Assembly (NCBI GenBank): GCA_033764015.1
Contig: JANRJK010000013.1
Location: forward strand, 64,001 to 128,000
Length of the DNA stretch: 64,000 bases
Source: Candidatus Sumerlaeia bacterium
GTDB lineage: Bacteria; Sumerlaeota; Sumerlaeia; SLMS01; JANRJK01
Direction of reading: 5' to 3'
Part shown: piece by piece, positions 46,829 to 55,822 of the stretch
How the letters are laid out: each line of letters opens with the position of its first letter
Position numbering within the stretch: position 1 is the first letter of the stretch
Notes under the pieces: generated by a model
Seen by the model: only the letters and a program-made list of their open reading frames with translations
The model's database searches: none
What the model was told of the DNA's origin: nothing
Translations under genes and position numbers: made by a program

Positions 46829-46896
46829 GGATTCTGCCGTTCGGCTTGAGTACTGGCGCGCGCCATGCGTAAGGTACGGGCAAGGAGAACGCCCCC

Positions 46897-47400
46897 ATGA
46901 ACAAGTCCCGCTGGATTCTCGTCGCCCTGATCCTCCCGATCCTGTTGGCGACGTTCGCCCTGAACGCCCAGAGCCGCACCGACGTGCCGGCCGGGCTGAA
47001 GCTCGCCAACCTCAAGGCCCTCGATCTGGAAGGCAACGAAGTCGCCCTGTCCAAGTACCAAGGCAAGGTCGTGCTGCTCGACGTCTGGGCCACCTGGTGC
47101 GGCCCCTGCGTGAAGCAGCGCCCCATCCTCAAGCAGCTCGCCGAGAAGCATGGCGAGAAGCTGGTGATCCTTCCCGTTTCCGTGGACGACGACCCGAAGA
47201 CGGTGAAGGCGTTCATCGAGAAGCACGGCGGCAAGGCGACCGAACTGTACTACACCGAGCAGCTTATCAAGGACATCGGCGGCGCGAACTCGATCCCGAC
47301 CTTCGTCGTGTTCGACAAGGCGGGCGACGCGAAGGCCAAAATGGTCGGCGGCCGCTCCCTCGAAGCGTGGGAAGAACTCCTGAAGGACCATCTGGGGTAA
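46897..47400 (+). CDS. TlpA/ResA-like thiol-disulfide oxidoreductase, exported
   Basis: Signal peptide, GKVVLLDVWATWCGPC, cis-Pro motif SIPT. Confidence 0.9.
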   Translation: MNKSRWILVALILPILLATFALNAQSRTDVPAGLKLANLKALDLEGNEVALSKYQGKVVLLDVWATWCGPCVKQRPILKQLAEKHGEKLVILPVSVDDDPKTVKAFIEKHGGKATELYYTEQLIKDIGGANSIPTFVVFDKAGDAKAKMVGGRSLEAWEELLKDHLG

Positions 47401-47424
47401 CCGCGTCCGATACAGCTTTGTCCA

Positions 47425-47461
47425 CGGGCCGGGGCGGAATCGCTCCGGCCCGGCGCTTTTT
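47425..47461 (+). terminator. Terminator after the tlpA-like gene
   Basis: Stem CGGGCCGGGGCG/CGCTCCGGCCCG followed by GCGCTTTTT. Confidence 0.6.
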
Positions 47462-47551
47462 CCGGCTCCGGCGCTTGCCCCCCGTCCCGGGCCCTATAGT
47501 CAATCCACCTGAAGCCATCATGCGGCATCACCGCCGCAGGAGCGACACCCC

Positions 47552-47920
47552 GTGGAGCTGTCCCGCGTCCACCGCGACTGGTACAACCAAGAGCTCGCCC
47601 GCGTCGCGCTGCCGGGCGACCTCGAGCGCGTGCTCGACGCCTACGACGAGGCCCCCGAGCCGATCGCCGTGGATGATTCGCCGCTCCTCAAGCAACTCCT
47701 CTTCCACGTGCGCATCCTCGCCGAAATCTTGGATTCCGCGGACCTCCTGACCGACGACGAGCAGCGCGCCGCGGTCGCGGGACTTCGCTACTACCTGCAC
47801 CTTTCCGACGAGATTCCCGACTTCTCGGGGCGCCATGGGCTTGCGGATGACGCGCTCGTGGTGCAGTGTGCGGTGCACCGACTGGAACCGACGCTCCGGC
47901 GCCTCGGTTATCTCGCCTAG
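47552..47920 (+). CDS. DUF1232/YkvA-like protein A
   Basis: AGGAG RBS and GTG start. Motif LRYYLHLSDEIPDFSGRHGLADDALVV. Confidence 0.65.
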   Translation: MELSRVHRDWYNQELARVALPGDLERVLDAYDEAPEPIAVDDSPLLKQLLFHVRILAEILDSADLLTDDEQRAAVAGLRYYLHLSDEIPDFSGRHGLADDALVVQCAVHRLEPTLRRLGYLA

Positions 47921-47934
47921 GGAAGGGGCGCGCC

Positions 47935-48306
47935 GTGCACCGTTCCACCGAACTGCACAGACAACTGCTCCGCGAGGAGATGGCCCGCGTCCGGCTGCCC
48001 CAAGACGCGCACACCTGCCTGGCCCGGTACCGCGCCGAGCGCTCGAAGTGGGCGTGCGGCGACCGCGCGCTCATCGCGGAGATGCTCCGCCGCGGCGACC
48101 GCATCGAACGCCTTATGGGGCGCGCCGGGGAGCTGACGGAAGAGGAGCTGCGCACCGCAGCCGCCGCCTTCCACTACCTCCTCAAGGACGACGACCACAT
48201 CGACGACGATGTGCACGGAGCCGTGGGGCAGGTGGACGACGCGCTGGTGATGGCGGCCGCGGACGAGGCGCTTGAGGGGGCCTTCGCCCGCCTCGGCATC
48301 GAATAG
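47935..48306 (+). CDS. DUF1232/YkvA-like protein B
   Basis: Motif FHYLLKDDDHIDDDVHGAVGQVDDALVM. Colinear with the upstream ORF. Confidence 0.6.
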   Translation: MHRSTELHRQLLREEMARVRLPQDAHTCLARYRAERSKWACGDRALIAEMLRRGDRIERLMGRAGELTEEELRTAAAAFHYLLKDDDHIDDDVHGAVGQVDDALVMAAADEALEGAFARLGIE

Positions 48307-48307
48307 C

Positions 48308-49174
48308 CTAGACCGACTCCTCCACCGGGAGCTGCGACCGCTTCTTCGCAGCCCAGGCGAGGCTCGCCAGGAAGATCCCGAACGCGAGCACCACGATCGT
48401 CGAACCCGCAGGCGCGTCCAGGCGGTCCGCCAGGAGCATGCCCCCGGTGATCGAGAGGGCGCTCAGCACGCAACCGGCCAGCAGCATGGTCCGAAGCGTC
48501 GCGGAGATGTTGCGCGCCGCCGCCGCCGGAATCACGAGCAGCGCGGTGATCAGGATGGCGCCCATCATCCGCACGCCCACCGCGACCGACATCGTCAGCA
48601 GCAGCAGGAACAGCAGCGAGAGCCGCCGCGTGGGCACCCCGACCGCCTCCGCGTACTCCGGGTGCAGCGTCATCAGCGTCAGTTGGTGCCGGTGCTTCGC
48701 GAGGAACAGCGCCACGAGCGCGAGAAGGGCCGCCAGCGAGGCGATCTCCTCCATCTGCACGAAGAGGATGCTGCCGAAGAGCACCTCCACCATGGTGATG
48801 CTGCTGTTCTGCGACGCGAGCGACGAGATCAGCAGGTTCCCCATCGCGATCGTGCTCGAATAGATGATCGCGATGCTCGTGTCGGTGCGGAGCGCGCCCC
48901 GGGTCTCCAGCATGTGGATCGCCACGGCGCACAGCAGCGAGAACCCCACCAGCGTCGCGAGGAACAGCCCCGTGTCGTCCTGTGGCGAAAGGCCGAGGAG
49001 GAGCCCCACCGCGACGCCGGCGATCGTCGAGTGCCCGATCGCCTCGCCGAAGAAGGACAGCCCGCGGAGCACCACGAAGCAGCCGAGCAGCGCGGTCAGC
49101 GGCGCGAGCAGCAGTCCCGCCGCGAGCGCGCGGCGCATGAACTCCGGTTCGAAGATCGCGAAGAGCTCCGCCAT
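48308..49174 (-). CDS. Zn/Mn ABC transporter permease (ZnuB/MntB family)
   Basis: Motifs LGCFVVLRGLSFFGEAIGHS, LFGSIL, MGAILITALLVIPAAAA. Confidence 0.9.
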   Translation of the reverse strand: MAELFAIFEPEFMRRALAAGLLLAPLTALLGCFVVLRGLSFFGEAIGHSTIAGVAVGLLLGLSPQDDTGLFLATLVGFSLLCAVAIHMLETRGALRTDTSIAIIYSSTIAMGNLLISSLASQNSSITMVEVLFGSILFVQMEEIASLAALLALVALFLAKHRHQLTLMTLHPEYAEAVGVPTRRLSLLFLLLLTMSVAVGVRMMGAILITALLVIPAAAARNISATLRTMLLAGCVLSALSITGGMLLADRLDAPAGSTIVVLAFGIFLASLAWAAKKRSQLPVEESV

Positions 49175-49183
49175 GGCGCGCGC

Positions 49184-49696
49184 TCAGCCCTTCCCGCGCC
49201 CGCGCTTGGCCCGCGCGGGGACGGGCCGGCGCCAATGCGAGCGCTCCCGGGCGGTCTGCGGAGGCACCGGCATCGGCCCGCGGGCGTCCGCCTCCCGGCC
49301 CCGCTTCGACTCCGCCGCCCGCTCGACCATCAGCCTTTCGAAGTCCTCAAGGTGCTCCATGGTGATCCGCTGCTTCTCCGTCAATGCGTCCAGCGCCATG
49401 ATCCGCATATCCCGCAGCGCCACCAGCAATATCCACCCCGCGACGAGGATGCATACGCCGTAATAGCCGAGCAGCGCGCCGTGGTCCCCCATCGCCTTCT
49501 TCTCCGCCAGGCCCATGAAGGCGAGCAGCAGCGTGAGCGCCGCGACGAGGAAGAGCCCGAGCGTCCGGCGGCGGAACCGAAGGAAGTGCTTGGGCGCGAG
49601 GTCGCCTCGCCGCCGGGCCAGGCTGAACTCGAGCGACTCGTGGCCGAACGCGACCAGCAGGGCGGCGATGACAGCGATGGAGAGGACAATGGCCAC
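49184..49696 (-). CDS. Hypothetical membrane protein (about 3 TM)
   Basis: Three hydrophobic segments and a basic C-terminal tail. Confidence 0.6.
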   Translation of the reverse strand: MAIVLSIAVIAALLVAFGHESLEFSLARRRGDLAPKHFLRFRRRTLGLFLVAALTLLLAFMGLAEKKAMGDHGALLGYYGVCILVAGWILLVALRDMRIMALDALTEKQRITMEHLEDFERLMVERAAESKRGREADARGPMPVPPQTARERSHWRRPVPARAKRGRGKG

Positions 49697-49722
49697 GGGT
49701 TGGTTCCTGCCGTTGGAAACGA

Positions 49723-49756
49723 AAGGCGCCGCGCGGAGCGGGCCGCGCGGCGCCTT
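49723..49756 (-). terminator. Hairpin after aspA
   Basis: 14-bp stem AAGGCGCCGCGCGG/CCGCGCGGCGCCTT. Confidence 0.6.
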
Positions 49757-49791
49757 CGATCACCGCACGCGGGCGCGCGGCCCGCAACCGG

Positions 49792-51267
49792 TTACGACTT
49801 CTTGGACTTCTCTTTCGCAGCCTTCGGCTCCTTGGCGGCGGGCTTCGCCTTGCCGTCCTTCTTGCCCGGGATGCCGGGACTCGTCATGCCGACCGGATCC
49901 ATGATCTCCCTGATCTGCGCATCCGTCAGGATGCCCTTCTCGCGGAGCACGTCGGTCACGCGCTTGCCGGTCGCGGCGGCCTCCTTGGCCACCATCGCGG
50001 CGTTCTTGTAGCCGATGTGCGTGTTGAGCGCCGTGGCCAGGCCGACTGAGTGGTCGTTGTACCAGTCGCAGCGCTCCTTGTTCGCCTTGATGCCCAGGAC
50101 GCACAGGTCGGTCATCTGCCGCAGCATGGTGCCCATGATGTGGATCGACCAGTTGATGTTGTGCGCCATGAGCGGCATCATCACGTTCAGCTCGAGCTGC
50201 CCCGCGCCGACGGCCCACGCGATCGCCGTGTCGTTGCCGATCACCTGGAAGCAGACCTGGTTGGCCATTTCCGGCATCGAGGGGTTGATCTTGCCGGGCA
50301 TGATCGAAGATCCCGGCGCGATCGCCGGCAGGCGGATCTCGTCGAGGCCGGTGGTCGGTCCGGAGGAAAGCAGGCGCAGGTCGTTCGAGATGCGCGAGAC
50401 CTCGATGGCGAGGCTGCGGAGCGCGGCGGAGAGCTCGCCGATGCAGCGCTGCGACTGCATCGCTTCGCACATGTCCGGCGAGGGCTGCAAGTCCGCGATC
50501 TTGGTGATCTTGCGCAGGTTGGCGACGATCGCCTCGCGGTAGCCCGGTCCCGTGTTGAGGCCGGTGCCCGCCGCAGAGCCGCCGATGCCGAGCTCCGTCA
50601 CGCTCTCGCGCGCGAAGAGGATCGACTTGCGGCACTTCGCGATGGCCTCCGCGTAGGCGGTGAACTCCTGGCCGAGGCGGATCGGCACCGCGTCCTGCAG
50701 GTGGGTGCGCGCGCTCTTGAGGATCGAGTCGAACTCCTTCCCCTTCTTGCGGAGCGCCTTCTCGAAGTCCTCGAGGTCCTTCAGGAGGCCGTCGCGGAGG
50801 CCGAGCAGCGCCGCCAGGCGGATCGCCGTCGGGAACGCGTCGTTGGTGGACTGGCCGAAGTTCACGTGGTCGTTCGCGTTCACCGGCTCGTAGCCGCCGA
50901 GCTTGCCGCCGAGGATCTCGGAGGCGCGGTTCGCCAGCACCTCGTTGATGTTCATGTGGAAGGACGTGCCGGCGCCCATCTGGTAGACGTCGACCGGGAA
51001 CTGGTCCGCGAGGCCGCCCGCGAGGATCTCCTCGCCCGCCTGCACGATCGCGTCGGCGAGGTTGCCGGGGATCGACTTGTTCTTCTTGTTCGCCTGCGCG
51101 GCGGCGACCTTGAGCATCACGAACGCCGTGATGAAGCGCGGGTGCGCGCGCATGCCGCTGATGGGGTACGACTCGATCGCGCGCTGCGTCGTCGTCCCCC
51201 AGTAGGCGTTGGCGGGGATCTTCAGCTCGCCAAGCGAGTCCTTCTCGATGCGGAACTGTTCGGCCAT
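49792..51267 (-). CDS. aspA: Aspartate ammonia-lyase / class II fumarase family
   Basis: Motifs RIEKDSLG, GAGTS..MN.NE, QSTND, RTHLQDAVP, GSSIMPGKINP, GQLELNVM. GAGTS favours AspA over FumC. Confidence 0.8.
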   Translation of the reverse strand: MAEQFRIEKDSLGELKIPANAYWGTTTQRAIESYPISGMRAHPRFITAFVMLKVAAAQANKKNKSIPGNLADAIVQAGEEILAGGLADQFPVDVYQMGAGTSFHMNINEVLANRASEILGGKLGGYEPVNANDHVNFGQSTNDAFPTAIRLAALLGLRDGLLKDLEDFEKALRKKGKEFDSILKSARTHLQDAVPIRLGQEFTAYAEAIAKCRKSILFARESVTELGIGGSAAGTGLNTGPGYREAIVANLRKITKIADLQPSPDMCEAMQSQRCIGELSAALRSLAIEVSRISNDLRLLSSGPTTGLDEIRLPAIAPGSSIMPGKINPSMPEMANQVCFQVIGNDTAIAWAVGAGQLELNVMMPLMAHNINWSIHIMGTMLRQMTDLCVLGIKANKERCDWYNDHSVGLATALNTHIGYKNAAMVAKEAAATGKRVTDVLREKGILTDAQIREIMDPVGMTSPGIPGKKDGKAKPAAKEPKAAKEKSKKS

Positions 51268-51318
51268 TTGATCTGGCTCCTTTGGAATGGGCGGTGCCGG
51301 AACGGGGAGCGCCGTCGG

Positions 51319-52362
51319 CTACCTGCGGCCCTTGCGCGTCGTGTCGTCGATAGCGATGGGAAGCGGGGTGGCTTCCGCCGAGGGCTCGACGCGGGCGAAC
51401 TCGGCGAGGGCCATGCGCACGAGCTCGTCATAATGCAGTCGAACGCGAGTGTTGATGTCGCCCTTGTCGAGCGCTAGCGCAATCTCCGAGCTGTCGCCCA
51501 CCGCGATCACCGTCGCCGGCTCCAGCCCCATCTTGCGCAGCGCGCGCCGCACCGGCAGCACCGGCACGCCGGGCAGCAGCACCACGGCGGGCTTCTCGAG
51601 CGCCTTCGCCGGCGCGAGCCAGGCCATCATCGCGTCGGGGCTTCCGGCGGGATTCACCATGGTGGTGAGCACCTTCGGCTGGCGCGAGTCGGCGGACTCC
51701 GCGGTGAAGAGCCCCTTAGCGCGCTCCTGCGCCGCCTCGACGGGATCGACCCCGGTTCCGATGATCCAGAGGTCGTGCGCGGCGGGCGGGAAGTCCGTGG
51801 CGGCGTCCTTCACCGCCGCATCGACAAGCTGCGCCTCGTCCAGATGGATCGCGCGGACGCCCTCCGGCAGCATGCCGGGCTCGACTTCGCTGAGCACCAC
51901 CATGTCGCGCTCGACCGCCTTGGCGCCCCGGAGGAACAGCTCCGCCTCCTCGGCGTCGCGGACGTGGACGAGCAGGCGCGCCTTTGGCGAACGCCTCACG
52001 ATCTCGTTGGCCTGCGCCTCGTAACCCTCCGCCTCCGCGCCCGCCAGCTCCAGCGGCACGGACGCCAGGCGCCGGAGGGCCAGCGTGAGGCCCTCGACGA
52101 CCGGGGCGAAGGACTGCTCCCCGCGCAAGGGCGAGATGAATCCGTAACCGCTTCCGGAGGAGACGCCGCCCGGGGCGAAGGGCGTCGGCGTGGGCCGCGC
52201 CGCCGCGATCGGGATGATCGCGGATTCGTAGCGGGGGGTGGTGGCGGGGATGTCGGGCACCGCGGGGATGTAGCGGGTCTCGCGCGCGGGCTCGGTCTGG
52301 GCGTGCGCCGCCGCGGCGACAAGGAGCGCGGCGGCGGTCGCCGCCAGGTTGCGGAATGTCAT
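51319..52362 (-). CDS. Secreted hypothetical protein, possibly a degenerate type I periplasmic binding fold
   Basis: Signal peptide (AHA-Q), Pro-rich linker. C-terminus VIAVGDSSEIALALDKGDI resembles sugar-binding protein tails. Confidence 0.55.
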   Translation of the reverse strand: MTFRNLAATAAALLVAAAAHAQTEPARETRYIPAVPDIPATTPRYESAIIPIAAARPTPTPFAPGGVSSGSGYGFISPLRGEQSFAPVVEGLTLALRRLASVPLELAGAEAEGYEAQANEIVRRSPKARLLVHVRDAEEAELFLRGAKAVERDMVVLSEVEPGMLPEGVRAIHLDEAQLVDAAVKDAATDFPPAAHDLWIIGTGVDPVEAAQERAKGLFTAESADSRQPKVLTTMVNPAGSPDAMMAWLAPAKALEKPAVVLLPGVPVLPVRRALRKMGLEPATVIAVGDSSEIALALDKGDINTRVRLHYDELVRMALAEFARVEPSAEATPLPIAIDDTTRKGRR

Positions 52363-52394
52363 TCGGGACTCCAATGGGTTCGGGTTGTCGGACG

Positions 52395-53684
52395 TCAGAC
52401 GACGGTTCCGTCGGGAAGCACCGTGTCCTTGGGGATAATGACGATGCCGCCCCGGATCACGTATAGGTCGTGGTCCGCGTGCTGGACGTTTTTCTCGTTC
52501 AGGATCCTCACGTTGTTGCCCATGCGGACGTTCTTGTCCACGATGGCCCGCCTGATGTGGCAGCCCTCGCCGATGCCGACGGGGATCGCGCTGGCGCCCT
52601 TCACGGGGTTGCGGGGCTCGGTCTCGAAGTAGTCGTTCCCCATCACGATCGAATCCTCCACGGAGGAACCCGCTCCCACGCGGCTGCGCAGGCCCACAAC
52701 GGAGCGCGAGATGTTCGCGCCGATGATGCGCACCCCGGGCGAAATCAGCGCCCGGGACACCTTCGTGTCCACGACGAAGCTGTTCGGGAGGTTCCGCGAG
52801 CGGGTGAAGATCGTCTGGCCCGACATCGAGGAGAAGTCGAACGGCGGCTGGTCCTCCAGCATCTGCATGTGCGCCTCGTAGAACGCCTCGATGGTTCCGA
52901 TGTCCTCCCAGTAGCCGGAGAAGACGTAGCTCGAAATCCGGTTCTGCTTGATCGCGGAGGGGATGATCTCCTTGCCGAAGTCGGTGCATTTCGTCTCGCG
53001 CAGCCACCAGTCGAGCGTCGAGCGGTTGAAGAGGTAGACGCCCATGGAGGCGAGGAACGTGTCGCCTAAGGGGAGCCTGAGGCCGTAGCGGTCGAGGAGC
53101 GTCTTCGGCGCTTCGAAGCCGGCGCGGGCCTCGTCGCTCTTCGGCTTCTCGACGAAGTCGAAGATGCGTCCCCAGGGGTCGAGCTTCACGAGGCCGAAGT
53201 GGTGCGCGTTCGCCCGGTCCACCGTGTTGACGCCGATGGTGACGTCGGCCTCCGATTTGAGGTGCTGCTCGAGGAGCGGTCGGTAGTCCATCGAATAGAG
53301 CGCGTCGCCCGGCAGGATCAGGATCAGGTCGCATTCGTGGTTGTCGAGCGACTGCCAGGTCTTGCGGACCGCGTCGGCGGTGCCCTCGTACCAGCCCGTC
53401 GAGTCGGCCTTCTGCTCCGCGGCGAGGATGTCCACGAAGCCGTCGCTGAAGTCGTCGAACTTGTAGGTCTGCGAGATGTGCCGGTTGAGCGAGGCGGAGA
53501 GGTACTGCGTGAGGACGAAGATCTTCCGGATGCCGGAGTTGATGCAGTTCGAGATGGCGATGTCGACCAGACGGTACTTGCCCGCGAGGGGCACCGCCGG
53601 CTTGGCCCGGACCTTTGTGAGCGGATACAGCCGGGTCCCGGCCCCGCCACCGAGAATGAGAGTGAGAACCCGCTTCGTCGCCAT
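52395..53684 (-). CDS. glgC: Glucose-1-phosphate adenylyltransferase
   Basis: Motifs LGGGAGTRLYPLTKVRAKPAVP, GTADAV, FVEKP, ASMGVY, DFGKEII, YWEDIGT. Confidence 0.96.
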   Translation of the reverse strand: MATKRVLTLILGGGAGTRLYPLTKVRAKPAVPLAGKYRLVDIAISNCINSGIRKIFVLTQYLSASLNRHISQTYKFDDFSDGFVDILAAEQKADSTGWYEGTADAVRKTWQSLDNHECDLILILPGDALYSMDYRPLLEQHLKSEADVTIGVNTVDRANAHHFGLVKLDPWGRIFDFVEKPKSDEARAGFEAPKTLLDRYGLRLPLGDTFLASMGVYLFNRSTLDWWLRETKCTDFGKEIIPSAIKQNRISSYVFSGYWEDIGTIEAFYEAHMQMLEDQPPFDFSSMSGQTIFTRSRNLPNSFVVDTKVSRALISPGVRIIGANISRSVVGLRSRVGAGSSVEDSIVMGNDYFETEPRNPVKGASAIPVGIGEGCHIRRAIVDKNVRMGNNVRILNEKNVQHADHDLYVIRGGIVIIPKDTVLPDGTVV

Positions 53685-53875
53685 CGCCGCCGCTCCACTG
53701 GTGGAATCGCTCGAACCGACGCCCAGGCAGGGTAGCAAGCGCTTCAGCGGTCGGGACAAGCGCTCAATGGCGGCGCGCCGCGCCCCGGCCCCCCGCTTGA
53801 CACACCGGGGCCCAAGGCCCCGATAATCCCGCATGTCACCGCCGCCCTCCCAGCGCGGCCAGGAGTCAACCGAAC

Positions 53876-54538
53876 GTGCTCGAATTCCACCTCAAGCGTT
53901 CCGGAATGCTGATCGTGGTCTCCGCCCCCAGCGGCGGCGGCAAGTCCACGATCCTCCGCACGCTGCTGAAGGAAGACGCCTCCCTCTCCTACTCCGTCAG
54001 CGCGACCACCCGCAAGGCGCGCGAGGGCGAGGTCGAGGGCCGCGACTACTACTTCATGACGGTCGAGGAGTTCAAGAAGCTCATCGACGAGGACGCCTTC
54101 TTCGAATGGGCCGTCGTGCACGGCAACTACTACGGCACGCTCAAGCGCGAGGTGGAGGCCAAGGTCTCCGAGGGGCGCGACGTGATCCTCGACATCGACG
54201 TGCAAGGCAGCCTCGCGCTGAAGCAGGACTACCCCGACGCGGTCCTGGTGTTCGTGCTCCCGCCCTCCATCGCGACGCTCGAGCGGCGCCTGCGCGCCCG
54301 CGGCCTCGACGACGAGTCCACCATGCAGATCCGCCTCAACAACGCGCGCTCCGAGCTGCGCCGCTCGCCCGAGTACGACTTCGTCATCGTCAACCGCAAG
54401 CTCGACGACACGATCCGTTCGATCCGCACCATCATCGACGCCGAGCGCAACCGCTCGACGCGCCTCACGCTGCGCGACGCGCTCGGCGAGGTGCTGATGG
54501 CCGCCACCGCTTCCGCCGCGCCCGAAGAGGGCGACTGA
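53876..54538 (+). CDS. gmk: Guanylate kinase
   Basis: Motifs [35 protein letters not shown]. Confidence 0.96.
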   Translation: MLEFHLKRSGMLIVVSAPSGGGKSTILRTLLKEDASLSYSVSATTRKAREGEVEGRDYYFMTVEEFKKLIDEDAFFEWAVVHGNYYGTLKREVEAKVSEGRDVILDIDVQGSLALKQDYPDAVLVFVLPPSIATLERRLRARGLDDESTMQIRLNNARSELRRSPEYDFVIVNRKLDDTIRSIRTIIDAERNRSTRLTLRDALGEVLMAATASAAPEEGD

Positions 54539-54558
54539 GCAAGGACCGGCGCACCAGC

Positions 54559-55806
54559 GTGAACATCCTCCTCGGCGTCTCGTCCTCCATCGCCATCCAC
54601 CGCGCCCTCGACCTCGCGAGCAACCTCCGCAAGAAGGGCCACGAGGTCCAGGCGGTCCTCTCCCGCCACGCCTCCAACCTCATCACCCCGGCGGCCTTCG
54701 AAGCCATGACCGGGCGGCGCGCCATCTCCTCCATCTGGGACTCCGGCCACACCGGCGAAATGGACCACCTCGCCACCACCAAGTGGGCCGACCACATGGT
54801 CTTCGTCCCGGCCTCGGCCAACACGCTGGCGACGCTCGCGCACGGCATCGCCGCGGACGCGCTCGGCACCTTCGCCATCGCCTTCAACCGCGAGCGCCCC
54901 TTCCTCATCGCGCCCGCGATGAACCCGGAGATGTGGCGCAATCCCGCCGTGCAGGCGAACGTCGAAACGTTGAAGCGCCGCGGCCACCGCTTCATCGGCC
55001 CGGTCGTCGGCCCCACCGCCTGCGGCGACTTCGGCCTCGGCCGTCTCGCCGCCGTCGCCGACATCGAGCAGGCGCTCACGGAGCTGATCGAGGGCTGGCC
55101 CCCGGCGCCGGACCTCTCGCGCGAGCACTTCCTCGTCACCGCAGGACCCACGCGCGAGTTCGCCGACGACGTGCGCTTCCTCTCCAACCCGTCGACCGGC
55201 AAGATGGCTTTCGCGATCGCGGACGACGCCGCGCGCGCGGGCGCCGCCGTAACACTGATTAGCGGCCCCGTGGACCTGCCCACGCCGCCGCTCGTCTCGC
55301 GCCGCATCGACGTCACCACGGCGGACGAAATGCTCGCAGCCGTGCTCCAGCAGCTCCCCCAGGCCACCACCGCCGTGTTCGCCGCCGCCGTCAGCGACTG
55401 GAAGCCCGCGGTCCGCGTGGCCGGAAAGCTGAAGAAGCGCGGCGAGGCGGACTCGCAATCGTTGGAACTCGCGCGCACGCCCGACGTGGCGCTGGCCGCC
55501 TCCTTGGAGAAGTCGGCGTCCCAGCTCTTCGTCGGCTTCGCCGCGGAGTCCTCCGACATCCTCGCGAACGCAGAGGAGAAGCTGTCGCGCAAGCGGTTCG
55601 ACTTCGTGTTCGCCAACCCCATCAACGAACCCGGCGCCGGGTTCGGCACCGACACGAACCGCGGCACGCTGCTTTGGGCCGACGGGCGCCGCGAGCCGGT
55701 GCCGGACGCGGGCAAGCGCGCCATCGCCCGCCGCATCCTGGCCGAGGTCGCCGCCGCACGCGTGGTCAAGGGGCTCGTTCCCGTCCACACGGCCCCCGCA
55801 AAGTAG
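54559..55806 (+). CDS. coaBC: Phosphopantothenoylcysteine decarboxylase/ligase
   Basis: Motifs [48 protein letters not shown]. Confidence 0.95.
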   Translation: MNILLGVSSSIAIHRALDLASNLRKKGHEVQAVLSRHASNLITPAAFEAMTGRRAISSIWDSGHTGEMDHLATTKWADHMVFVPASANTLATLAHGIAADALGTFAIAFNRERPFLIAPAMNPEMWRNPAVQANVETLKRRGHRFIGPVVGPTACGDFGLGRLAAVADIEQALTELIEGWPPAPDLSREHFLVTAGPTREFADDVRFLSNPSTGKMAFAIADDAARAGAAVTLISGPVDLPTPPLVSRRIDVTTADEMLAAVLQQLPQATTAVFAAAVSDWKPAVRVAGKLKKRGEADSQSLELARTPDVALAASLEKSASQLFVGFAAESSDILANAEEKLSRKRFDFVFANPINEPGAGFGTDTNRGTLLWADGRREPVPDAGKRAIARRILAEVAAARVVKGLVPVHTAPAK

Positions 55807-55822
55807 AGCCGGCGGGCGGGCC

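Noticed and set aside
53797..53827. Sigma70 promoter for gmk (TTGACA...GATAAT)
   Set aside because: The spacer is 19 nt. Possible but not well supported.
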